From assembly GCA_900617105.1 (NCBI GenBank), contig UYFQ01000290.1, positions 1 through 64,000 of the forward strand: a DNA stretch of 64,000 bases, read 5' to 3'. Every line of letters begins with the position of its first letter. The first letter of the stretch is position 1. The DNA comes from Hydrurus foetidus. Lineage: Eukaryota. This document shows, in pieces, positions 1-10,312 of the stretch. The position numbers and the translations under genes were made by a program. The notes under the pieces were generated by a model that saw only the letters and a list, made by a program, of their open reading frames with translations, had not been told where the DNA came from and did not search any database.

Positions 1-3000
1 AAATATCTCGATTAAATCAGCAATATATATGTTGAATTTGATGATGATACCACTGGTAACAAATGAGGTGTTAAAATTCCTCGATTCAAATCAAGTTTAT
101 CCGCAAATAGGATAGATGCTGGACTTGCACCCGTACGTTTATTAACTGAACTATTTATAATTCGTTGTACGAACGGAATTCATTTTGCATAATGGACAAG
201 GGACGGTGTATCGAACACCAATCCTTTCAAATGTCTATTTATCTCTTTATTGACTCGTTCAACAATCGCATTCTCTTGAGAGGAGTAAGCTAGAGTGAGA
301 TTATGGGGCGTACCCGTAAGATCTAAGAACTCTTTTATGAGATCATTAGCGAAATGGGATCCACGATCCGATCTTATCATGTTTGGCGAACCAAATCGAC
401 CAAAATGTGTTAATAAACTCTCCGCTGCAGATTCGGCAGTAGCGTCCTTACACCAGAACATTTCTGTCCATCTGGAGAAGGTGTCAATTATGACGAGAAT
501 ATACCCCTTATCGGGGAAAGGACCCACATAGTCAATATTCAACGTATCGAAAATTGCGTGAGTAGAAGTTGAAAAATGGGCTGCATTGATTTTCGCATCA
601 ACCGCACTTAGTTTTTGACAACAAGGACAGTTTCGTATGTATGAACGTACGTGCTGTTTCATATTTTTCCACACTTGGTTTAGACTGTAAAGTCGAGTGA
701 GGGTTCGGTCGACACCGTTGTGACCAACAATTGCATTGTGGCACATTTGAATATGAAGTATTTGTTCATCTGTGGCCGGTTCGATAACCGTTAAAGCCGC
801 CACACTTGTGGAAGAAGATGAAGATGATGATGAACAACATCTCTGACAATTGTCAATGGTAGAGCAATCTCAGTAAGATTTGGACATAAACGTGACAGCG
901 CATCGGCTAATTCGTTATCAGATCCTTTAACAAAATGAACGGTGAAATCTAGTTCTTGCATTGCAATGAACCACCGTGCTACCATCGAAGTAGGGTTTTG
1001 TTTCATATATGTCAAATTCATATGATCAGTATGAATAGTGAATTTCCGATCTCGGATAAGGTAATCCAATTGTTGGCAGCAATAAAAGATAGCGTAAGCC
1101 TCCTTTTGTATTGTTGACCAATTAATCTGAGATGCAGATAGAGATTTGCTAATAAATGCGATTGGTTTCCATTCGTCATTAATGACTTGGAATAATACAC
1201 CACCGATTCCATAATCAGATGCATCAGTATATAATCTGATGGGTGAAGTTTCATCGATGAAATACATTAATGGACAACGAGATACAGCGATCTTTGTCTC
1301 ATTGAATGCGTTTGTCCCCTCGAGGGTCCAAAAAATTGGAGAGCGTTTAACCGCCTTTGGATCCACCATCATGTGAAGTGGTTTTACCATTTCTGAGTGA
1401 AAAGGAACGAATTGACGGAAATAATTGGCTAAGCCAAGGAATCCCCGTAATGCCGTAACTTCTTTTGGAAGTGGAAAGTTGAGAACTGTCTCAATCTTTT
1501 CTTTCGACATGGATAAACCATCTTTGTCGATGACTCGTCCGACGTATTCGATACGTTTAAGACCGAATCGGCATTTCTTTGCTTTGAGTTTAAGATTTTT
1601 AAGTCTAAATCTCTCAAAGACTTTCCTCAAGTTCAAAAGAAACTCTGCTTCGCCCCGGCCATATACAATGCAATCGTCGAGATACATCTCGCAACAGCTG
1701 TATATGAGACCGTGAAGGACCGTTGTCACCATCTGCTCTTGAAAGTAAGAGGGGGCACGACAAGGGCCAAAAGGCAATCTTGTGAATTGAAACACCCCCA
1801 TGAAACATATAAATGCCGTATAGATTCGGTGGGGTGTATATAAGGGAGCTTGATGGTAACCCGCGGTTAAATCCATCACCCCATAAATATCCGGTTTTCG
1901 ATTACCGATCCTCTCAAAGAGGTGTTTGATATTTGGTAGTGGAAAGGAGGCCGGCTCAATGCATTCATTGAGTGCGCGATAATCGATGCAGGTTCGATAT
2001 GTATCGGCTGTCTTATTTACCATTACAGGATGACTGTAGTATGCAGCGTTCGACCTCTCGATCACACCATCTTCCAACATCTCTTCGATAGAAGTGCGGA
2101 GATAATGTTCCTTTTTAGAGGATTGGGGTCGCACTGGTGCGTGGTTCGATGGAACCTCCCATTTCTGCCGTGGCAGGTTTATCTCAAACGGCTTGAGGTC
2201 AGCAGCTTGCGGGGCTAGCTTATCACTGAATATATCAGCGAATTCAGAACAGAGAGTACGGAGATCCTTTTGAAGGCTTTCATCTCCTTCAAAATGAATC
2301 TGAGACAAGAAATCATCCGGCCCATTGGGCGGTACATTCCGGCACGTCTTGTCACGCAAGAAAGGTGCGAAGGTATCAGTTTTATCATCGTCAATCTCGT
2401 CAACGGAGAGTGCGACACCGCTTGGCCATATGGCTTCCGCGTCATAGTCTGATGTAACAGTGTCCCCAGAGGTATGTGTGAGGATGGGAATCGAGTCACC
2501 ATCTAGGTGCGGGGTATCACCCGTACGTTTCGCGAGTACAGTCGAGACACTGTCCAGTCGCTGACAACCCACATCACCACATGGACTTTGGGTAGCTACT
2601 CCCTTGGTACCATCCTGGGTAACGTTACACGTGAACGTTGTATGACAATCTGACCCTACGACTTCCTTGGTTAGAGGTGCGTGCAGAATGGCCTTCTTAG
2701 GTGTTGGCATTGGGCAGAGACCGTATGGTTCTTTCCGATCCGAAAGTCTTGCTTTGGTGATACCCTTTAACATATCGTATGTAGGTGTAATCGACTCCAC
2801 TTCCGGTTCTTCGGGTATAAAACCCTCAGATATCATACGTCTGGTGTACTTGTGCCAGTGAAGCGGGTCAAGCTTGGCTATCGCTTCCCTTTCTTCAAAC
2901 TCGAGCCAACGAGCATCACGCTTCCTTTTGTTCTCGGCACTAAGCTCGGGAGAAATACCAAAAGCGAAAGGTGTTAATGACATAAAATCATATTTATTTA

Positions 3001-4888
3001 CAGTTTTTCGACTTAGTAAAAGTTCAATGTCTGTGTTCCTATTAACCCGCATCGTTAAAGGGATGGTATGACATTCGCCGTCATAAGAATGAAATTTAAG
3101 AATTAAATCAATCATTTCGTTATTTATATAGCACTGGCCATCGAGACCAGAGCAAACAGTAATGGGTTTAGAAGCTGTATAACAGTCATGTTTAGCATTC
3201 AACTTATCAATCATAGTGAAAGAAATAAAATCCTCGGAGTAATTGGCGGTATCGAGTACGGCCTTGCCCACAACGCGTCGTACGCTAGATTGGCGCTCCT
3301 TATCCTTATCCTGTATCAAAACCGTTACGTTGAGATGGTCAGAAGGTAGAATTGATGGATCATGCAAAAATTCATCGGGAATAAATGCTGGAATGACCGA
3401 TGCAGTAATGCATGATACTGAATGTTCCATGTCAGTGACATCAGATGAATCGACATCAGGATCATATGTACCTTGTTGGTTTGCAGAGCCGTTGCTCGCG
3501 TTGTTATCCCCTTGGGGCGGGTTGTATCGACCCCCTCGAGGGTTTTTACCTTGATACCCTCTGCCACCACCTTGGTTACCCGTAGGACCGGGGTTCCCTT
3601 GGTTGCGGTTTTGGTTGGTTTCCGTAACCTTGGTTGTTTTGGTTTCCGGAACCTTGGTTCTGGTTACCTTGGTTTTGATTCCCACGGTTTCCCGAACCTT
3701 GGTTTTGGTTTCCCTGGTTTGGGTTGAACCCTTTACCTCCACCCTGGTTACCCTTGTGCTTCTTGTTATTGCACATCAAGTAAGGGGGTGCCCCTGCAGG
3801 GTGGAATCTCTCCCTGGTTTCGAACCCAGGTAGGATGAGTCTTTCCTGCCACATAACTTCACCTTGTGCCAGCCATGCCTTACCTACAAACGAATCAGAC
3901 CAGTTACAGCCGTGATCGTTGTTGGTATCGGAATAGTACATGACTGTACAATCTGATAGAATATGTGCAGGGTTTCCGCATGAGCGACAAACCCGGGCAG
4001 CGGACACTAACGGTTCGTCAAGTGTCGAACGTACCGCTAGGTTGCTACTCCCACTTGGGATATCTACATCACGTATAGCCAGTGTGCTCGCCCGCTTTTT
4101 AGTAGAGCGGGGAGGAGGGACTGCTGTACTCGGAAACGAGTAGACAATGTCAGGGTTGCCATAACTCCTGCTCATGTGAATTGCGTCGCGAGCCGCCGTG
4201 ACGACCGCGATAATGCGCAACATGGCGACTTCCCACGTCTTGGGGACTCATTGTCACGTGCTTTGTGAGCGACGTAATCACCCAAGATTCGGCTCCCTCG
4301 AGGGAGTCGTTTCTCAAGAATCGCTATCAACTCGGCATGCTGAGATGCGGTGATATGACGGACACGTTCGTGATCCGTGGCGATCTCTTTGTACGCCATG
4401 TACGTTACTAACTCTTCCTCATCGGAGGAAAGAGAATAGTGGAAAGGGACCTTAGCAAACAGTTCTGCTAAGGTATGATCCCCTTGTTTGTTCTTGCAAA
4501 AGTATTGCATTACCAACTTGCCAACACTCTCTATCGGAAGGAGGTTTTGCCAATTAAGGCGTTGCTCGTTGGTAATAACTGCCAGTGTCGACTGATCAGT
4601 TAAGATTTTAACATGAAGCAAATCGATTGCTTGACGTTGCATGCATTGTTTAATATGCAAGTGAGGTAAGCGTTGTGCTTGCTCATAGAATTCTTCAGCA
4701 TCCTGCGGAGTAATATAATCTCCCCGTAGGATGAATATCTCACGCTGGATCTGAAGCGTCTGGGGAAAACCCATGCTTGACGATTGTGAGCTTTGTGAGA
4801 TGTTAAGGATGTTTCCTTCCTCATCCACCTCGTGCTCGTTGTCTGGCTCATTTGGCTCAGGCTCAGGATGTAGACCCTCGTCTTCCAT
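1..4888 (-). pseudogene. gag-pol of gypsy copy A, broken by three frameshifts (~4245, ~3617, ~838) and a stop at 180-182
   Basis: ORF pieces 4172-4888, 3576-4223, 791-3742 and 180-803 align consecutively to copy B. Lesions relative to B: CCCC vs CCCCC, loss of AAAAT in the N/Q repeat, GATGTTG vs GATGGTTG, and TGA vs TGC. Confidence 0.9.
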
Positions 4889-5465
4889 CTCCTATCGTAG
4901 GATGAGCAGTCGATATAAATCGAGTTGTATCGGAGCAAGGACGAGCTTTCCTCGTCAAAAAAATTTTGCGAGAGCTTCGCCTCGTTCGCGTATCGAGTAC
5001 TTTACGCAAGTAACAGCGAATGAGATGATTTCAACCCACTCTTGTCGAGAAAAATTCTATGGCGTGAAGCCGAATTTTGGGTGATAAAAATTTTGGTGTC
5101 CTGTTAAGGATGAAGGAAGAACTTCCTGTCGACCAAAAGACGTCCTTAGACTAATCTGATGTCTCTAGCAGTGGAACCGGTGTCCAAATTGCCAGTGGAG
5201 AACTCCTTAATTTCGAGTTGGGAAGCCTCTCGCGACTTCGACCAAAAACGAACTTTTGAAAACACCTTTCGGAGGGTTTCAAGCAGGAAGCGGCTATGCC
5301 AAACTCCTGTAAACTTAAACTAAGTTCTCGGAGCTTCGGGCTCAGCGAGAAAACGACTCCTCGGAAGTCGTGGAGTGAGTATACTCCTTTGGAAGTCTAT
5401 CTAAAGTTTGGGACGAGTAGATGGGTAGAAAAGAAGAGAAGGAGGATGAGCGGAAATAGCGCTAT

Positions 5466-5660
5466 TGTGGCTCGAATGGGAAAAGGAAGAGGTGGAAGGC
5501 TAGAGAGGTAGTTAGTTACAGCAGGAAGCTAGAAGCTAGGGTTAACTTCTACGTGGAGGCTGTAAGTGGCTACGACGATACAACAGACTGTAGTGTACGG
5601 TGGGTAGTGTACCGTAGTACTATCCGGTAGGATCGGGACCTTGGACCCGGAACTACCACA
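5466..5660 (-). repeat. 5' LTR of gypsy copy A (195 bp, TGTGG...CCACA)
   Basis: Matches the LTRs at 6285-6479 and 12459-12653; has perfect 5-bp inverted termini. Confidence 0.95.
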
Positions 5661-6284
5661 CAGCCCTCAAAGCAGAAATGAATTTCTGATCGGGCGGGAA
5701 TCCTAAACTCGCTTGCAAACGTCGTGCATCGACGCTTCTTTGAACTTCGCGTTTTGTGAAATTGGCTTCGTTTCCTGCCGTTGTTTCTAGCTTAGTAGAG
5801 TAAAATAAGTTGCTAGATGGTGTTTTCACCACTGCGGGATGTGCATATCCATTTCTGCGCTCTGCGGCGTCAGAGTATCGTGGCTCTGGAGCCGTTGCCA
5901 AATCGCTGACATACAGCCCTCCACGGTGTTGAAATTTGTATGTATTCTGATCAGTGTGAAGCAGAAATGCATCTTGATCTATTGTAGAACCTTGGCGAAA
6001 CTCCCAGTTGTGTCCTTGCAACAGGCAATCCGATGCCGAGATGATGGAAAGTCCAGCTTGCGGATCAAAATGAACAATACCAATGTCTCGAAGAAGTCCT
6101 GCTTTAGTTACAGTAAGGGAACGATGCAAGCCTTTGAATACAGTTGGAGTGCATGTTGCAATGTCAGTCAGAACATCTGCAAATGTAATGATGGTTCCAG
6201 TAGCTCCTGTGTCGAAGATGGCCTCCGAGGTACTTTGTTGGTTGATGTGTTGGTTTGCTGAAAAATCAGTCCGAGGACCGAGGG
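5661..6284 (-). pseudogene. Fragment of Ty1/copia pol (aspartic protease IFDTGA plus pre-integrase region) trapped between the two gypsy copies
   Basis: Minus frame reads ...EAIFDTGATGTIITF...GGLYVSD...FTKREVQRSVDARRLQASLGFP. This is homologous to FTKREVEQARRAREMLARMGFP in the intact copia at 14809-19659. Confidence 0.9.
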
Positions 6285-6479
6285 TGTGGTAGTTCCGGGT
6301 CCAAGGTCCCGATCCTACCGGATAGTACTACGGTACACTACCCACCGTACACTACAGTCTGTTGTATCGTCGTAGCCACTTACAGCCTCCACGTAGAAGT
6401 TAACCCTAGCTTCTAGCACCTGCTGTAACTAACTACCTCCTCTAGTCTTCCGCCTCTTCCTTTTCCATCCCGAGCCATA
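6285..6479 (+). repeat. 5' LTR of gypsy copy B (TGTGG...CCATA)
   Basis: Direct repeat of 12459-12653. Confidence 0.96.
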
Positions 6480-7057
6480 ATAGCGCTATTGCCGCTCATC
6501 CTCCTTCTCTTCTTTTCTACCCATCTACTCGTCCCAAACTTTAGATAGACTTCCAAAGGAGTATATTCACTCCACGACTTCCGAGGAGTCGTTTTCTCGC
6601 TGAGCCCGAAGCTCCGAGAACTTAGTTTAAGTTTACAGGAGTTTGGCATAGCCGCTTCCTGCTTGAAACCCTCCGAAAGGTGTTTTCAAAAGTTCGTTTT
6701 TGGTCGAAGTCGCGAGAGGCTTCCCAACTCGAAATTAAGGAGTTCTCCACTGGCAATTTGGACACCGGTTCCACTGCTAGCGACATCAGATTAGTCTAAG
6801 GACGTCTTTTGGTCGACAGGAAGTTCTTCCTTCATCCTTAACAGGACACCAAAATTTCGATCACCCAAAATTCGGCTTCTACGCCATAGAATTTTTCTCG
6901 ACAAGAGTGGGTTGAAATCATCTCATTCGCTGTTACTTGCGTAAAGTACTCGATACGCGAACGAGGCGAAGCTCTCGCAAAATTTTTTTGACGAGGAAAG
7001 CTCGTCCTTGCTTCGATACAACTCGATTTATATCGACTGCTCATCCTACGATAGGAG

Positions 7058-10000
7058 ATGGAAGACGAGGGTCTACATCCTGAGCCTGAGCCAAATGAGC
7101 CAGACAACGAGCATGAGGTTGATGAGGAAGGAAACATCCTTAACATCTCACAAAGCTCACAATCGTCAAGCATGGGGTTTCCCCAGACGCTTCAGATCCA
7201 GCGTGAGATATTCATCCTACGGGGAGATTATATTACTCCGCAGGATGCTGAAGAATTCTATGAGCAAGCACAACGCTTACCTCACTTGCATATTAAACAA
7301 TGCATGCAACGTCAAGCAATCGATTTGCTTCATGTTAAAATCTTAACTGATCAGTCGACACTGGCAGTTATTACCAACGAGCAACGCCTTAATTGGCAAA
7401 ACCTCCTTCCGATAGAGAGTGTTGGCAAGTTGGTAATGCAATACTTTTGCAAGAACAAACAAGGGGATCATACCTTAGCAGAACTGTTTGCTAAGGTCCC
7501 CTTCCACTATTCTCTTTCCTCCGATGAGGAAGAGTTAGTAACGTACATGGCGTACAAAGAGATCGCCACGGATCACGAACGTGTCCGTCATATCACCGCA
7601 TCTCAGCATGCCGAGTTGATAGCGATTCTTGAGAAACGACTCCCTCGAGGGAGCCGAATCTTGGGTGATTACGTCGCTCACAAAGCACGTGACAATGAGT
7701 CCCCCAAGACGTGGGAAGTCGCCATGTTGCGCATTATCGCGGTCGTCACGGCGGCTCGCGACGCAATTCACATGAGCAGGAGTTATGGCAACCCTGACAT
7801 TGTCTACTCGTTTCCGAGTACAGCAGTCCCTCCTCCCCGCTCTACTAAAAAGCGGGCGAGCACACTGGCTATCCGTGATGTAGATATCCCAAGTGGGAGT
7901 AGCAACCTAGCGGTACGTTCGACACTTGACGAACCGTTAGTGTCCGCTGCCCGGGTTTGTCGCTCATGCGGAAACCCTGCACATATTCTATCAGATTGTA
8001 CAGTCATGTACTATTCCGATACCAACAACGATCACGGCTGTAACTGGTCTGATTCGTTTGTAGGTAAGGCATGGCTGGCACAAGGGGAAGTTATGTGGCA
8101 GGAAAGACTCATCCTACCTGGGTTCGAAACCAGGGAGAGATTCCACCCTGCAGGGGCACCCCCTTACTTGATGTGCAATAACAAGAAGCACAAGGGTAAC
8201 CAGGGTGGAGGTAAAGGGTTCAACCCAAACCAGGGAAACCAAAACCAAGGTTCGGGAAACCGCGGGAATCAAAACCAAGGTAACCAGAACCAAGGTTCCG
8301 GAAACCAAAACAACCAAGGTTACGGAAACCAAAATAACCAAAACCGCAACCAAGGGAACCCCGGTCCTACGGGCAACCAAGGTGGTGGCAGAGGGTATCA
8401 AGGTAAAAACCCTCGAGGGGGTCGATACAACCCGCCCCAAGGGGATAACAACGCGAGCAACGGCTCTGCAAACCAACAAGGTACATATGATCCTGATGTC
8501 GATTCATCTGATGTCACTGACATGGAACATTCAGTATCATGCATTACTGCATCGGTCATTCCAGCATTTATTCCCGATGAATTTTTGCATGATCCATCAA
8601 TTCTACCTTCTGACCATCTCAACGTAACGGTTTTGATACAGGATAAGGATAAGGAGCGCCAATCTAGCGTACGACGCGTTGTGGGCAAGGCCGTACTCGA
8701 TACCGCCAATTACTCCGAGGATTTTATTTCTTTCACTATGATTGATAAGTTGAATGCTAAACATGACTGTTATACAGCTTCTAAACCCATTACTGTTTGC
8801 TCTGGTCTCGATGGCCAGTGCTATATAAATAACGAAATGATTGATTTAATTCTTAAATTTCATTCTTATGACGGCGAATGTCATACCATCCCTTTAACGA
8901 TGCGGGTTAATAGGAACACAGACATTGAACTTTTACTAAGTCGAAAAACTGTAAATAAATATGATTTTATGTCATTAACACCTTTCGCTTTTGGTATTTC
9001 TCCCGAGCTTAGTGCCGAGAACAAAAGGAAGCGTGATGCTCGTTGGCTCGAGTTTGAAGAAAGGGAAGCGATAGCCAAGCTTGACCCGCTTCACTGGCAC
9101 AAGTACACCAGACGTATGATATCTGAGGGTTTTATACCCGAAGAACCGGAAGTGGAGTCGATTACACCTACATACGATATGTTAAAGGGTATCACCAAAG
9201 CAAGACTTTCGGATCGGAGAGAACCATACGGTCTCTGCCCAATGCCAACACCTAAGAAGGCCATTCTGCACGCACCTCTAACCAAGGAAGTCGTAGGGTC
9301 AGATTGTCATACAACGTTCACGTGTAACGTTACCCAGGATGGTACCAAGGGAGTAGCTACCCAAAGTCCATGTGGTGATGTGGGTTGTCAGCGACTGGAC
9401 AGTGTCTCGACTGTACTCGCGAAACGTACGGGTGATACCCCGCACCTAGATGGTGACTCGATTCCCATCCTCACACATACCTCTGGGGACACTGTTACAT
9501 CAGACTATGACGCGGAAGCCATATGGCCAAGCGGTGTCGCACTCTCCGTTGACGAGATTGACGATGATAAAACTGATACATATCGAACCTGCATCGATTA
9601 TCGCGCACTCAATGAATGCATTGAGCCGGCCTCCTTTCCACTACCAAATATCAAACACCTCTTTGAGAGGATCGGTAATCGAAAACCGGATATTTATGGG
9701 GTGATGGATTTAACCGCGGGTTACCATCAGGCTCCCTTATATACACCCCACCGAATCTATACGGCATTTATATGTTTCATGGGGGTGTTTCAATTCACAA
9801 GATTGCCTTTTGGCCCTTGTCGTGCCCCCTCTTACTTTCAAGAGCAGATGGTGACAACGGTCCTTCACGGTCTTATATACAGCTGTTGCGAGATGTATCT
9901 CGATGATTGTATTGTATATGGCCGGGGCGAAGCAGAGTTTCTTTTGAACTTGAGGAAAGTCTTTGAGAGATTTAGACTTAAAAATCTTAAACTCAAAGCA

Positions 10001-10312
10001 AAGAAATGCCGATTCGGTCTTAAACGTATCGAATACGTCGGACGAGTCATCGACAAAGATGGTTTATCCATGTCGAAAGAAAAGATTGAGACAGTTCTCA
10101 ACTTTCCACTTCCAAAAGAAGTTACGGCATTACGGGGATTCCTTGGCTTAGCCAATTATTTCCGTCAATTCGTTCCTTTTCACTCAGAAATGGTAAAACC
10201 ACTTCACATGATGGTGGATCCAAAAGCGGTTAAACGCTCTCCAATTTTTGGACCCTCGAGGGGACAAACGCATTCAATGAGACAAAGATCGCTGTATCTC
10301 GTTGTCCATTGA
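7058..10312 (+). CDS. Gypsy Gag-protease-RT (partial); has a 372-bp in-frame deletion at ~9575 and a 1-nt frameshift at ~10245
   Basis: CRSCGNPAHILSDC zinc knuckle, VLDTAN protease motif, RT motifs CIDYRALN, DLTAGYHQ, LPFG and YLDD. Comparison with copy A reveals the deletion and T5 vs T6. Confidence 0.92.
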   Translation: MEDEGLHPEPEPNEPDNEHEVDEEGNILNISQSSQSSSMGFPQTLQIQREIFILRGDYITPQDAEEFYEQAQRLPHLHIKQCMQRQAIDLLHVKILTDQSTLAVITNEQRLNWQNLLPIESVGKLVMQYFCKNKQGDHTLAELFAKVPFHYSLSSDEEELVTYMAYKEIATDHERVRHITASQHAELIAILEKRLPRGSRILGDYVAHKARDNESPKTWEVAMLRIIAVVTAARDAIHMSRSYGNPDIVYSFPSTAVPPPRSTKKRASTLAIRDVDIPSGSSNLAVRSTLDEPLVSAARVCRSCGNPAHILSDCTVMYYSDTNNDHGCNWSDSFVGKAWLAQGEVMWQERLILPGFETRERFHPAGAPPYLMCNNKKHKGNQGGGKGFNPNQGNQNQGSGNRGNQNQGNQNQGSGNQNNQGYGNQNNQNRNQGNPGPTGNQGGGRGYQGKNPRGGRYNPPQGDNNASNGSANQQGTYDPDVDSSDVTDMEHSVSCITASVIPAFIPDEFLHDPSILPSDHLNVTVLIQDKDKERQSSVRRVVGKAVLDTANYSEDFISFTMIDKLNAKHDCYTASKPITVCSGLDGQCYINNEMIDLILKFHSYDGECHTIPLTMRVNRNTDIELLLSRKTVNKYDFMSLTPFAFGISPELSAENKRKRDARWLEFEEREAIAKLDPLHWHKYTRRMISEGFIPEEPEVESITPTYDMLKGITKARLSDRREPYGLCPMPTPKKAILHAPLTKEVVGSDCHTTFTCNVTQDGTKGVATQSPCGDVGCQRLDSVSTVLAKRTGDTPHLDGDSIPILTHTSGDTVTSDYDAEAIWPSGVALSVDEIDDDKTDTYRTCIDYRALNECIEPASFPLPNIKHLFERIGNRKPDIYGVMDLTAGYHQAPLYTPHRIYTAFICFMGVFQFTRLPFGPCRAPSYFQEQMVTTVLHGLIYSCCEMYLDDCIVYGRGEAEFLLNLRKVFERFRLKNLKLKAKKCRFGLKRIEYVGRVIDKDGLSMSKEKIETVLNFPLPKEVTALRGFLGLANYFRQFVPFHSEMVKPLHMMVDPKAVKRSPIFGPSRGQTHSMRQRSLYLVVH

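Larger units (their letters stand above)
1..5660 (-). mobile_element. Ty3/gypsy chromovirus LTR retrotransposon, copy A (3' end runs off the window start)
   Basis: Near-identical reverse complement of 6285-~11570. 5' LTR at 5466-5660. Domain order is Gag (CX2CX4HX4C), protease, RT (YLDD), RNase H, integrase. Confidence 0.96.

Noticed and set aside
5296..6649. Duplicated 71/78-aa ORFs (MPNSCKLK..) as an accessory antisense gene
   Set aside because: They are antisense to the LTR/5' UTR, have different C-termini and no recognisable motif; duplication simply reflects the two TE copies.
10240..10312. Programmed ribosomal frameshift within pol
   Set aside because: Copy A has T6 and is in frame here, so this is a 1-nt homopolymer loss (mutation or sequencing error).
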